Shown piece after piece: positions 28,153-41,835 of a DNA stretch of 64,000 bases. The position numbers and the translations under genes were made by a program. Origin of the DNA: the human T2T-CHM13v2.0 reference genome, Homo sapiens; the NCBI RefSeq assembly GCF_009914755.1, contig NC_060936.1. One strand, 5' to 3'. How positions within the stretch are numbered: position 1 is the stretch's first letter; every line of letters starts with the position of its first letter. The notes below the pieces were generated by a model. It saw nothing but the letters and a program-made list of their open reading frames with translations. It had not been told where the DNA came from and did not search any database.

Positions 28153-29252
28153 TGTCAAGCAGTAATTGCACTGGATAAACCTTAAGCAGGCAAGGGAGAC
28201 ATTATTCAAGGCTATTGCAATAGGGTAGAGAGTCCACACTCAGTCTAATCTCGAGTCCTCTGAAAAAAAGAGGGGGAGGGTTTTTAAGCTCTTGGGTGAG
28301 CTAGTGGAAAAATACCAAAAGACATTAGGAGGACCATATATCTTCTATGCTTGTTAATTGGCTTCATCCAAAGGAAAATATAAACTTCTCATATCTTTAA
28401 GAAAGTAGGCAGTTTTGCAACTTGGAACAAGCAAGGCATCTGCTGAAGTAAGGCTCCTACCTTCCCACAGAGACTAGGAAATAGCAACACTATCCCCCTT
28501 GATGGCTACATTTCAAAGGGATGGCTCCCAGGCCCCTGAGCAAGACATTCCTAGGTTGTAGAACTGGCAAGAGGATTTTATTTTATTTTTATTTTTATTT
28601 TTTTAACTCTTATTTTAAATTCAGAGGTACAAGTGCAGGCTTGTTACATAGGTAAACTTGTGTCTTGGGGGTTTGTTATACAGATTATTTCCTCACCCAA
28701 GTATTAAGCCTACTACCCATTAGTTATTTTTCCTGATCTTCTCCCTCCTCCACCCTCTGATAGGCCCCAGAGTGTGTCATTCCTCTCTACATGTCCATGT
28801 GTTCTCATCATTTAGCTCCCACTTATAGGTGGGAATGTGGTATTTGGTATTCTGTTCCTGTGTTACTTTGCTAAATTTAATGGCCTTCAGCTCCATCCAT
28901 GTCCCTGCAAAGGACATAATCTCATTCTTTTTTATGACTGCATAGTATTCCATGGTGTATATGTATCACATTTTCGTTATCCAGTCTGTCATTGATGGGC
29001 ATTTAGACTGAATCCATGTCTTTGCTGTTGTGAATGATGGTGCAATGAACATATGTGTGCATGTGTCTTTATAATAGAATGATTTAGAGGATTTTAAAAA
29101 TATTTATATCTCAAAGGAGCAGAGACAAAATTTGCAGTGATAAGTTTTTTAAAGAAAATAGTCTAAGAGAAAAGGGGCCATGGATGTAGAGCTAAGAAGA
29201 AGCCTATTTAAGGCTTAGTCTGGCTGAGGACAACATTAAGGCCTTCTTGGTC
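28153..29252 (-). mobile_element. MER31-type ERV1 solo LTR interrupted by an L1 insertion
   Basis: TG...CA ends; the reverse complement begins tgaccaagaaggccttaatgtt, as in MER31. The LTR sequence resumes after the L1. Confidence 0.7.
28581..29085 (-). mobile_element. 5'-truncated older L1PA (PA13-16-like) 3' end nested in the LTR
   Basis: L1 3'UTR 'gttacataggtaaacttgtgtc...acagattatttc'; (ATTTT)n tail; 11-bp TSD agaggatttta at 28570-28580 and 29086-29096. Confidence 0.88.
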
Positions 29253-30952
29253 AAGGTCTCAGATGATCCATGACTCAGTGGAAGCAGCTCTGTTTTGAAT
29301 GTTGGGCTTTCTGACTTCTAGACACAGCTCCTTTTTCAGTTACTTTATAGCCTGGCCCTGTTACTTAATCTTTCTTAGCATATTTTAGGACAGATGAGAG
29401 TAACAGTAATGGTCTAGCTCCTTCATAGGTCGAATGGATCTAATCTCATCAGATCAGATTGCGTTGTAAATTAAAGGTGTTATGCTGTTGTCCTGCAGGG
29501 AGGGGCTGAAATTATTCTATTTTCTTAAGATGTGGGAACTCTTGGGCTCTGTCTCAGACCCTTCAAGTGTATTTTCTTCATTCTGAGAGATTCTACTTGA
29601 GCATTTGTCTGCCATTCATGAGTGAGGGAAGACTCCTTCAGATCTTATCCAACCTTGCAATTTCATATAAGGGAAGACTGAGTTCTTGAACAGGGAAGGA
29701 ACTTGCCTTCGGACATACCTGAGTAATAGCAGCAGAACCTAGGACTCCTGCTTCTTTTCACTACACAATAATGCATAAAACATTCACTGATAAGCCAAGC
29801 CTTTTCACTCAGGAGCAGCTCTAAGTGCACTCCCTAGGAAGCCACCTTTACTCTGGGACTACTGTTTCTATTACACTCCACGCACTGGTTGTTGCCTTGA
29901 CAGCGCTAAATTATTGCTGATGTCAGTTATCCAAGGTTGCCTTTCCCATGTCTCTGTGCTCCTCTGGGGCCTTGGACATCCAGAGACAGGGCAGACTGGC
30001 CACCCAGAAACAGGATTGCTTTTCTGAGTTGTTGTATACTGATCTCTGCTTATCTGCTGTGGTTTGTTTCTTCATCTCACAGATGAGAGTGAAGATTTGA
30101 TAATTCTGGGGCCCTGATAAAAGAACTGCAGCAGTCTGGGCAGGGTGACCCAGAACTTGATCCCAATAGTCCCCATGGGCTAATCCCAACCTCTCTTCCC
30201 CCGCCACCATCTCAGGAGGTCAGGCAGTGAGGTTGCTGACGTTGGTGTGGGGGTGGGAGTGGGATTTTGAGCTTCCCTCCCTGTCAGCTGGTGTCTGTTT
30301 TCATGGCAGATGGTGGGTGGTGACGTGGCCCTATTGTCCTTCCCTGCCTGCCCTGGAGGGAGATTTCCTTTGCCAACAAATGTGCTATACTTCCAGAGGA
30401 AATGGCATCTGCCTCTGAGGGCACGTCCAGAAGGCATCTCTAGCATCTCCATTGCCTCCCTTGGCCTGAAGGCAACTCTAGGCTCCTTTAAGTCACAACG
30501 AGTAACCTGTTGTTCTTAGTTGGCTGGAAGTGTTATAGCAAATGAGTGAATTTAACCTTCCTCAGGAGGCACTAAAGTTAGACATCAGCATGGACTTTTT
30601 AAATATAAGGATGATTAGATATGACTTAACAAGGTAAAACATTTGAAATAAATTGATAATCATGGCCGCTTTCCCACTCCATGCTCTTCGTCTCGGGTAC
30701 CTGTCCCTGTCCCAATACTGTGATATTTCCCTCTAAGATTGCACAGTAGCAATCCTACCTTTAGATAGTGGAAAATGGAGAAATAGAAAAATGGATGCCT
30801 TTCTGAATCTTCAGTAGTGCTTAAATTTTAACATGCATCAGAATTGCTTATGTGCTTATATTTGTGTGGGAAGGGTATAGGAGAGCTTGCAAAGAAGCAT
30901 GTTTTGGGCTATGTCAGCAGATTCATAGTAGGCATGGCTACCTTAGGGTATG

Positions 30953-30957
<5 letters not shown>

Positions 30958-30991
<34 letters not shown>

Positions 30992-30995
30992 TGTG
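30958..30995. repeat. (TG)n microsatellite
   Basis: Seen directly. Confidence 0.95.
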
Positions 30996-31539
30996 AGAAC
31001 CTCCATGATAGTAAATTTAAATAATATTTTCTATAGTTTTAGACGGAGGTTTTTCATTTAACAGACAAGAAATGTTTTGGAGGAGGAAGAAATAGAGAAA
31101 AGGTAGGAAGACTCATTGCTGTTGGAGGGCAGATGAAGGAGGCAAGAGACATACAGTTAGATAAGAAAAGAAAAGGGTCGGGGGACTCTGGAAATTACAG
31201 AGTGCAACTACTTGTGCAGAAGGATGTTCTGGAGACTAAATGATAAAAGGTGAAGTGAAGGGATTTGGCAGTCTCATCTAATGTGGGAAGTAATCGGGAT
31301 GTCGAGCCCCTTCAAAATAATGCTATGACATTGTTCTTTGGATTAAGCTAAACTAAAATGAAAACAGTGCTCTGCTGAATGGAAGCTGTTTAATGTAGAA
31401 GCTAAAACTTGGAGGTTTTCTTCAGGACCACACAGGTTATAGGGCCTTGAGATATCCCTGCTCCTAGGCAGCTACTAGAATAATATTAATAATGACAATA
31501 ATAATAATTTATATTTATAGAATGGTGGAACGGTTAGGA

Positions 31540-31995
31540 TATTAGGATATCCATTTGGTTACTGAATCAAAGAAATTCAAAATAGTCATTGCGTAACACA
31601 GCAGGTTATTTTTCCCTTATACGATGTCTAGAAAGTATGATCAGGAATGATGGGGTAACTACACGGTTATCAGAGACTCAGGATCCTTCTGTCTATTTTT
31701 TTGCCATCTTAACATGAGGTTTTTATTTATCTTTCAGATGGCTTTCCTAGATGCTTCTCTCATAGTCACATTCCAGGTGGTATGCAGGATAGAGACTGGG
31801 AGTAGGGGTGGAGAGAGGAGAGGCACAAGCTTGCTGTATAAGAGCATAAGCTGTAATTTACTGTATACCAGTGGCCTGAACTTAGGCATACATAGCTGCG
31901 AGGGGGCTGAGTGGCCCTACGTCTAGCTTCACCTTATATTCTACATAAGAAACAAAAAAATAGATATTGAAGACTGTCAGTGATCTTTCCCACAA
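31540..31995 (-). mobile_element. Old MLT1 (MaLR) LTR relic
   Basis: Weak similarity ('cagagactcaggatccttct', 'tcacattccagg'). Boundaries approximate. Confidence 0.4.
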
Positions 31996-33029
31996 GCAGG
32001 TTATAGTTATCTAAGATCTAACACATGAATCATATCTCCTTAGAGTGAGACAAGTAAGATGGTTACTAGTATTTCCATTTTCAGCTGAGAAAACTAGGAA
32101 TATAAGTGGTAAGTGGCTGAGTTTGGCTTGGAATTCACATCTTTGGATCAGGTATGTCCTGTTCTTTCCACTATGTTGGGATGTTTTCCACTAAAGTAAT
32201 GTGAAGGTAGAACTCTCCTGACCTTCCTGATTGTTCTCAGTAACCAAGAACAACTCACATTGCTCTGGCACCTTCAAATTTAGTCAACCCCCGCTCTACT
32301 CTCCTCCCTACCCTAGTTCATTCTCCCATCCCTCTATGCTTGATTAAAGAGAAGTTTCTAGGTCCCTTGCTTTGAGCTCAACAGCTGCCAGGAATAAGAG
32401 GGCTATACTTTGTGGCTATTTTAATACATGTTTTGGGAGCAGTCTCTCAGTTTAATCCTTGACAGATAAACTAACAGTAGAGAGATTGGGAGTTATTTGC
32501 GAAGACTTGCTGGCTGTAGGAGATTGGGCCGTTGTTAATCTTTTCAGCTGAGGTTGAGGGAGCCCATTTTAATCAGAATTTGTGCAGGAATAATCCTTTC
32601 TTTAAATTCTGACCCAATCCTTCCAATAATTACAATGAGGGCAGTGCTCTTTGGAAGCCAATGTGTTAATATGGCATTTAAAGGGATAAAACAGGCGACT
32701 GAAATACTACCATAAGAGTACCTGACAAGGGCAGTACCCTTGATTACTTAAGGTTTCCATGACTGAAGGAGTCTAGAAGTTACCATCCTTCCAGTTGTGT
32801 CTGGGGACTTATCTGAAGTTATCTCACATGTGATTTTGGAAAAGGAGAACCAAAATAAAAATAATCATGACTTTCTAGAAAATTTTACTCAAAGAAAACA
32901 TAAAAAAGAAGCAAAGATAATTTGTATACAGATCTATAGAGAGGACTTCTTATGATAGAACCACTGAGTAAATGCATAATTGTGTTTGGGTGGGGAGAGA
33001 AGAGATCCCTCAGATATAAGGGAAGAGAC

Positions 33030-33495
33030 CAAGTAGATTAATTCAAGATGTTTGAGAAACAGATACCAAGATATAAATTAGACAACCAAGAGAAGTTTGT
33101 GGGAAGAAATGCCTATGACAGACAAAGGAAAGAGAGTATGAGTAGCCAGGGACAGCCTTCAGATCATCATGCCGGTCTGATACCTATAAAAGCAGAGGAG
33201 AAGGAAGAAGTATTGTGCAGAAAAGGACCTGAAACTGCAGCATGGTTCTAAGACAGTTTCAGGCATGCCAGTGGGGAGGCTCTGAGTCAAAATTGTCTGT
33301 TGGAGGAGTCCCGCATGCTATAGGACCTGTGCTGTGCTGAGTCATTGGCTGGGAGCAGCACAGGGGTAATGTGGCCTCCCTGCATATACAGTGGCACATC
33401 CAAGAGGGGCCAAACTGGACTTGTCAGTCAGTTATGCTCTCTGCAGTAAGTTTTCTTGCAGAAGATCTATGTAGTGTAGTTCCATGGCCATCACA
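33030..33495 (-). mobile_element. LTR16-type (ERVL) solo LTR
   Basis: 'ggaggagtcccgcat', 'gtcattggctgggagcagc' and terminal 'catggccatcaca' resemble the LTR16 family. Confidence 0.6.
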
Positions 33496-35396
33496 CGAGG
33501 TTTCTCTGCTGTTTGTCTTTGGGGAATTTCCTTCCTTACCTGGGCTTTAGTTTCCTTATTTATAAATCAAATTGGTTAAGGCTAGATGATCTTTAGGGCT
33601 TATGCATCTCTTTCATTTTCTAATTTTGCAAAGAGTCCCAGCCTTTGATCCCCAAACGGTGGATGTGTGTGTGTTGGGCAGGGAATGCAGGCAGTGGGGG
33701 AGGTTGTCATGGAGAGAAATGGATTAATGGCTAGGAGGAAAGACAGATCACTGTCAGGTGCCTTCTTTCTGTCTGAGCCTGCCCCCTTTTTCTGTGCTCC
33801 AACTTGGGCTGAGGGCTGGGCTGGCCACAGCTTCAGCCTAATCTAATCTAGTCTATCAGAGAGGTAATGAACTATAAAAGTGTGGATTCAATTACAATTA
33901 GAGGGGAGTTTTGTGTTGGCTGGAGTCTGGTGCTAGCCAGAGAATAGAAACTCAGGCAGCGCTGAAAGGCCCATCTGTGCTAGCAAGGTCTGCCGTTAGG
34001 GGCTGGGCAAAACCTTACCAAACACAATGAGGAAAGAATGGTACCCCTATCAATAATTTTCTTTTAAGGAGAAAAAGTATTCACTCTTTAGATTTTGCCT
34101 TTTTTTCATGACAAGGTAAGAGGAAATGATTTCTTTCTTAGGTTGTCTTACCCTCATTCTCTGGGTAGATCCCAAATATACCCAGAGCCTCCATGAATCT
34201 GACTTTTCCTTCTCTATCAAAGTCTCCTGGATCCTCCACTTCAGCCCTCCTCCCTTCTCTTCCTAAACGGTAAAGATTGAGGCAATGGGTAGCCTGTCCT
34301 TTGGATTTTGAGAAAAGTCTCATTCTGTCGGAACCCCTACAAAGTCTGCCACAGAGCTTCCTGAGCACTCATTTGCCCTTTATATCTGTCAGAGTGTAGT
34401 CTACGTTTTTACTAATTTTTCAAGGTTCAGGGAAAGGATATTTGCTCAGAATGCACCCTCAGAAGGCTCTTAAAGAATCGTGATTTTTTTTTTTCCTGAG
34501 CATCCATGGCATTTTGTAACTCTCAATGAGATCTATCATATTCTGCCTTCCTTTAGAGATATTTACATACTTATTTTACTCATTTTTAGTCTTTTTTACT
34601 CAATTATAAGCTGATTTCAATGATTTTTTTTTTTACTACTCTCTGCATCCTCTGTACTGAGCCCATCTTTGACCTGCATTTAATTGTCATTAAATACAGG
34701 TTTACTGAGGACGATAAATACATATTTGAGAGGGGTTGTTTTCTCTGTTCTCTTTTGCTTCATTGTTACCCTTCTTTCTTGTTTCTTTGGCTAATTTTCC
34801 TTTCCAAAGAGCACATTGAGCAAGACAATTAAAAACAGTAAATTTTTAAAAATGAAGTTTTTTTCTTCTTCTTTTGCCATGCTATTTGCTCTTCTGCTGT
34901 TCCTTGACCCAGCTATAATTGTTCTTACCCGAGCTACTTTAATTTAAAGTATCAGTGTGGGGAGCCCCACAGCAATATGTGGCTTTCCTGAAATTCTGTA
35001 TAAATTTAGACAAAACTTTCTCAGTATTCATCCACCCATATGCCAATGTGTTAACGTTATTTGTATATACTTTTTTTTAATTTTTAACTTTTGTTAAACG
35101 AGTGGTATGAGGTATCCTTCATCCCAGCTGTTCCCCTTACTAACAATATAATCTCGGGCATACAAGAGTTCTCTGTGTCTCAGTTTCCTTATCTGTAAAA
35201 TGGGTAAAATAATTTTATCTTTGTTATAGATCTGTTGTGAATATATTGTGCATAGCAAACGATATGTATTTGCCTTTTTATTGCTATTATAAAAATTATT
35301 AAAAGCAAAATATTTTTTAAAAACTATAATAGTCATTCATAGCCCATTACCATGTGCCCAGGTTTCTTTGGAGAAATTTTTAAAAAATGGCTAAAA

Positions 35397-35462
35397 TCGA
35401 GATTGCACCACTGCACTCCAGCCTGGGCAACAGAGTGAGACTCCGTCTCAAAAAAAAAAAAA
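35397..35462 (+). mobile_element. Severely 5'-truncated Alu (~53 nt plus A-tail)
   Basis: 'gagattgcaccactgcactccagcctgggcaacagagtgagactccgtctc' + A13; 15-bp TSD aaaaaatggctaaaa at 35382-35396 and 35457-35471. Confidence 0.93.
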
Positions 35463-37866
35463 TGGCTAAAAATTTTTTTTCTTCTTTCAAAGGATACATT
35501 TATGTCAGGGACTGAACCAATATTTTGAGGATTTATAAAATGTCAAAAAAGAGAGGTTTGTGCCTTCATACAGCCCTGATTTAACTTGAATTGAAGAGCA
35601 ATTCCAAGATTAGATCCTGGTGACAGCTTAAAAAATGCCTATGGTAAGGAATTTTTTGATTCTGGCAATTTCTTGAGATGATAGATGTCTTTGGACCCAT
35701 CCAACTGTAACTGAAGAACACCTGGATCACGTAGGGAGTGAGGATTGATGCACTCTGTTATGGAGTGGGAACCAGAGAGGAGGGCTCCTGCTTATTTTAA
35801 AATCAAGTAAATAACATGAAAATCAGATGCAAAATAAAACCCAGATTAGCATATAATCACATTAGCAGACTAATTGAGTCAGGAGCTCAACACTTTGTGT
35901 AATAAGGTTGCACCCTTCAAAGGGGGAATAAGAGAAAGTCCAAATTGTTTATCCATCCTTCTATTTCAATGCAGAGCAGAGGGTCCTGAGACCAGATGTG
36001 GCCAGAGTCCCATCCGGGCAGTTAGCACAGTATCACTTACTCTAGGGGACCTATAAGAGGGGATTAGGGGTCATCGACTGAGTGTGGCAGCCCCCTAAGG
36101 CCTGAGGGATTAGCATCTAATGCATCCAGCTTTGCAGAAAATAAGGCTCAGATGAGGATCTAACCTCCTTTATTCTTCTTTGTTTTTCAAAAGCTCTAAG
36201 AGTAAGAGGATTTCTTTTTCTTTTCATACAGTGAAGTCCTTCCATCCTGAGAAGCAGGGGTGGGGATGGGGATGCTGGATCTACAGGTGATCCAGCAGCT
36301 CTGAAACAGAACTTATTTTCCTTCTATCCATACTTCTCTTCCTTCTGGGCTTTTGTTCTCCCAGCCAAATTTCCCTTTATCCTCCTCTCCTCTTAGATGC
36401 CTGATACCAAATATTTATTTTTTAATTGAAACCAGTTTCTTTGCTCTTCCTAAGTTCTCAGAGGAAACATCGAAACATCTCTTACCTTCTAGCACCCTCA
36501 ACTTACTTGAATCAGTCATTAATGTTGTAACCTTTGCTTTCAGTCCTTCAAAAGATATTTATTTAATGCTTACTCCTAATTTCTGCTACCAAAATCATTA
36601 AAATATATTGAAGGTGATGAGAATATAATAGACTAGAATTTAATGCAATGATATATCTAGGCTGACTATAAATTCATCCAGTCCAACGAAAGGAACTGTA
36701 AGCAAAATGTGTAAGATGAAGTTATAAGATATTTAACAAGGTGTTTATGAACCTGGATCTAGTATAAGATGAAAAAGCTATAATCCACGGCTATTCACCT
36801 TTATAACAGTGTTCTTTTCACTGTACCTCTCTGTGTACAATTGTTTTCTAATTTAATTTCCCTCTGATTATTTTTTAAAATAACTCATAAAGTTGCAATG
36901 CTTACAACTTATCTACCTCTTCTGTAGAGAAAGAGTTCAGGATGACAGTGGAACATTTTGTCCTCATTTTTTTTTCTCCCTCAAATTTGCATTACATGTT
37001 ATTCAAGGGAATCAGAAATTTCTGTGAAAGACTCATATCTCCTGCCCTTTTCTCTGAGACATAGGAAAAGCACAATAGCAGAAACTGAAGAATAGATTTC
37101 TTAATAATTCTATGACCTTAATGAGAACACAAGGGACTGTGGAAAAAGCATCAGAGTTGAGCCGGGGTTCCAGTAACACTTCTAATACTCACGACTGTGT
37201 GGCAGTTAGCAAGCTCCACAACCGAGCTTCAGATTTCATTATCTGTAACTGTGAGAAGGCTTGACCCTCCCAGGGTGGTTTTGAGAATGAAGGTTTTATA
37301 CTGTCTATGTCAAATGGCTGGCATGCAGAAGTCACCAACAAAGTGGTAATCTGTAGGCAAATACGTTTATTAACCACCCACTGTATAAGCTGCCTTATAC
37401 TTTGTGGACCTGGCATGACAGCAGGGGAATTTAAAGGAAGAACACAGCACAGCATAACCTATGCTCCAAAGACATCTATAAGCTTGAGAAATGGCCAGAA
37501 TAAAACAATTCAATTCCATAGGCATTTTTAAAAACTGTCACCAGGATCTAGTCTTAGAATAAAAACATAAGGCCTTGCTGAATCCTTCAAGGGAGTTTAT
37601 GTCCCTTACAAAGACAGAGTATTACATAGGTACAGAAAATGTGATATTTGCTAATGTGTAAGTATTGACTCAGTACCACATGACACAGAGAAAGGAGGTT
37701 TGTACAGAGAGAAGTCAGAGTTATAAAGACGTTTAAGCTGTACCTAAAATAGTGAAAACAGAGAGAAGTAATCCAAGCAGTGGGAATGGCAGGGAAAACA
37801 CAAACTTGAAAGTAATTGGGGTATCTTGGGAAGAGGGAATATTCTAAGGGACATAGATTGGTGGTC

Positions 37867-37868
<2 letters not shown>

Positions 37869-37899
<31 letters not shown>
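37869..37899. repeat. (TG)n microsatellite
   Basis: Seen directly. Confidence 0.95.
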
Positions 37900-37902
<3 letters not shown>

Positions 37903-40080
37903 AGTCTGGTTAAGGATGAGATTGGGTAAACTATGACAGACTAGAATCAACCTCAGGTGTATAGATTTGGCCCTGCTGACCATGGGGAGACATTGTGGCA
38001 TTTCTACACAGAGAAGTGACAAGATTCAATGTCAGTGGCTGTATACTGGCTCTGGGAATGGTATATTTTGGTGAAGTTGCCCTCAACAAACGATTGTTTC
38101 CCGGAGGAAAGTTTGTTGTCTTCTTAGGATGGCATATTTTCACCAAAACTTGTCTAGGGAGCTGTAGATTGCTCATTGCCTCTTTGATAAGTGGAGGGTG
38201 GGTCAGAAGCAGGGATGGCCCCAGATCTGGTCTCCGCTCCTATCCCTCTGCAGGCCCATGAGAAACTTTTTCAAGATGCCGGTCTGGTATTCATACCCCA
38301 TCTGTCATGATCCCAGTCTCAGTCCTGACTCTCATTAGAGCCGTGGGCAGAGCTGCCCTTCTCAGGGCTACCTCCACCTCCCTCTCATCCAGCCTCTACA
38401 CCCGAACAATCAGACCAGAGTCAAGTTGATTGTTTCCTATGGAAATCAGCCATGTGGAGCCCTGGGGGAATAGCTCTGCTCTCTTGTGTTCATTTTCTTC
38501 CAGTGTGGACAGGGATTGGGGAGGGCAGTTTCTAGCCCTTCACATATGCCAGAGAGAGACTGAGACAGAAAAATAGAAGAGAGACCTGGAGGTATAGGCA
38601 GGGGTTTAGGGTGGAAAAGGGTAAGAAAGTAACAATAGAATTGCTTGCCTATGCCACAGACCATTTTGTTTGGGAAGAATCTCATATTTCTGGGGCTATG
38701 GGAACTGAGAGAGGGCAGCCTCATAGCTAGCTATCCTAAATATTAGCATGTTAGGACATCAGCATAAAGGTGGCATGAGTAGACACCTCATTCGTTTTAC
38801 TATTACCCCCCAAATGCCAAAAGTGAACAGAGCATCATGCAAATTTGTAGGTCATGTGTTTATCTTTGTTCTGCTGGATGTAACTGAATGGATTTTTGAA
38901 AAAACTGATTAGTTACTCAGTGATGTTCAAAGAGGCAGAATATTTGGCATGCAGATAAAATATCTGCAGGTTTGACAATTGGTTTTATACTTCATCTGAT
39001 TACTTACTTTGAATCTCCCACATTACTTTCAAACTTCACTAGAATTGCTTTGCAATTTGATATATACATAATTTATTTTGTTTTTGTTTTTCACTTTGTT
39101 TCCTTGACATCTTGTTGCATTTTTAAAATTTTGCTAGATATACCTTGTCCATAGCCCTTACTACTCACCTCTCTATCCTGTCTTTTGTCAATGAAAGCAA
39201 ACATGATTTACTGTATAAACGTATTCTTTTAAAAATCCAAAGTTGATGTATTTATGAGGAAAAATTTTTATAATATAAAATTAGGAATATTCCTGCTAAT
39301 CAGAGACATTGGTGCAAATTCAAGGCTGAGATCAGCTCAGGGACTAGGTGTTCTCCCCAAGGGGCGATATGGGTGGATGGTGGGGTTGGCAGTTGGATCA
39401 GAGGATGACCGAATGGACAGATCTAGGCAGCTGAGATTTTGATTCTTTGATTGGAGTTGAGAAACTTAGACACAGAATAACCATGTCCCTTTCTTTGGCT
39501 TTCCTGGTGCTTAATCTTTGACGGTATCTTTTGGAACACTTTTTAAAAGAAATTACAAGACCTTCCTAATTTCTTATTGAAGTAAGTAGTAATATTGAGA
39601 ATAGTCTGGCATTCAAAGCCTCCACACAACAGTCTTAATCTACCACTCTGATCACTTATTCAAATACTTCCTAATAATGTACTTTATACACTTGCCAAAC
39701 CAGACCATATTTTTTCCCCATTTAATGCAGACTTGGCTTTTGGATTTTCTTAGTTACAGTGCTTTTGCTCTTACGTATCCCTTTGATTGAGATTCTTATT
39801 TTTTTCAAGCCCCCTTTTCTCCCCTCCATGAACTATTTCAATCTTGCCTGACTTATTGAAATCAGCTAAATGGGTTCTGGCTCCTTCCTTTAAGTCTTCA
39901 TGATAGTTTGTTACTTCATCTGTTATTTATCACTTTTTAATCTTAAATTTCTTTTTTTTTTACTGAATTCCCAGCTGCAGTTCAGACCCTCATTTAGAGA
40001 AGTGGGTAGCCTCCTTTTATTCCCATCCCCATTCTCATCCCATCAGACCCTCATGCCTGAAAAATATATGATCTCTCACG

Positions 40081-40156
40081 TATATATATATATATATATA
40101 TGTATATCTATATATATACACACACACACATATGTATATCTATAACTGTATATATA
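40081..40156. repeat. Compound (TA)n/(CA)n microsatellite
   Basis: Seen directly. Confidence 0.9.
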
Positions 40157-41471
40157 ATGAATTTAAGTACCTTTTCATCTTCAAAATTTACAATTTTAAC
40201 AGGTATTGATTGATTGGCAAAGTGTTACAGATTATACAGTGCTTTCTTGCTCCATCAGTAAGGGCATACTTTATGATTGTTGGGGTCAGGAGCTAGCCTT
40301 TAAAAATAACGTCTTACTCATGGAATCTGTCCCACACATATTTATTGGAATTATAAACAAATATCTAGAGTGTTCTTTACTTCTGTAAAGTTTAAAATGA
40401 GTCTGTTTTTTCCTCCGTGCCGTCGCCATTTAGCAGTGATCCTCTGTGACTGTGGCATCCGTCCCTGAACCTGGGCCTCAGCTTGCTGGGAGCTGAGCTT
40501 TCCAGAGAGGGCTGCAGACGCTGGGAGGGTGACAGATGGCTCCGCAGCAGCAACAGTTTGAGGAAGGAGTCATTGAGGGGCATCCAGGAGGGGCGTGTGT
40601 CAGACCTTCCTACTGGGTAGAAGAAAAGACCCAACGGGGGTATACATACCAGGGGTTATTTTATAGACTGGCTTTTGCAATTTGGATTAGGGAAACAAGT
40701 GCAAAATAAAAAGCTTCTTCCTTGCCAAAGACTTATTTTTCACTCTCTTCACCATCCTCAGAAGCCTCTGCACAGGTTACTTGTCCCTGCTGTCTCTTCC
40801 TGGTCAGCCTCCGTTTGTAACTTCAGACAGAGTTCTTTTCTGATTTAACAGGTTCTGAGAGGGGTCAACACCTCTCACACCCAGGGCTAGGCCCTAACCT
40901 GACACTTGAGCTCTGGGTCATGATTTCTAGAATGCTGGTGTTCCAGGGCTGGAAGGATGCTAAGGGGGACTGAGATTTGAACCCTGAAAGTCCAAAGAAG
41001 GATCCTGCAGTGGCAGGAATGACCAGGGTGTGGACAGGATTGGGGGACTGCTATGATTTTGTTTTCATGTCTACTTCTGAGCAAATGATTAAATCTCAGG
41101 GCTTAATCGTGCTGTTGAGAGTCTGTTCACTCGCCTGCAGCCCTGGCCTAGTCCCTCCCCATGGGGCCATTAACTCTGGAAATCCTAAACCCTCTAAGCC
41201 ATTTCCATTAGCTCCTCAGGATTACACTGGGTATCCACCTAGTGGCTGACAAGGAAAACTGCAGCTTGGAAAGGCTGTTCCTCAATCACCTTCTGCACAG
41301 GCTACTGGGAGAGAGAACAGGGAGGAGCAGCACCAAGGCCCAGCCATCCAGCCCACACTCCCCAGACCTGTCCCCAGTCAGCTGATTCCAGCGTCTTGTA
41401 ACACTTTTCATTCAAGCAAGTTCTTCTGAAGCGCCAATCATACCGCTTTCACCAGAGGCTAAACCTACCAA

Positions 41472-41835
<364 letters not shown>

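Noticed and set aside
29410-29460. Faint resemblance to the 5S rRNA 5' region (atctcatcagatc)
   Set aside because: The match is ~13 nt with no continuation; insufficient for an RNA pseudogene call.
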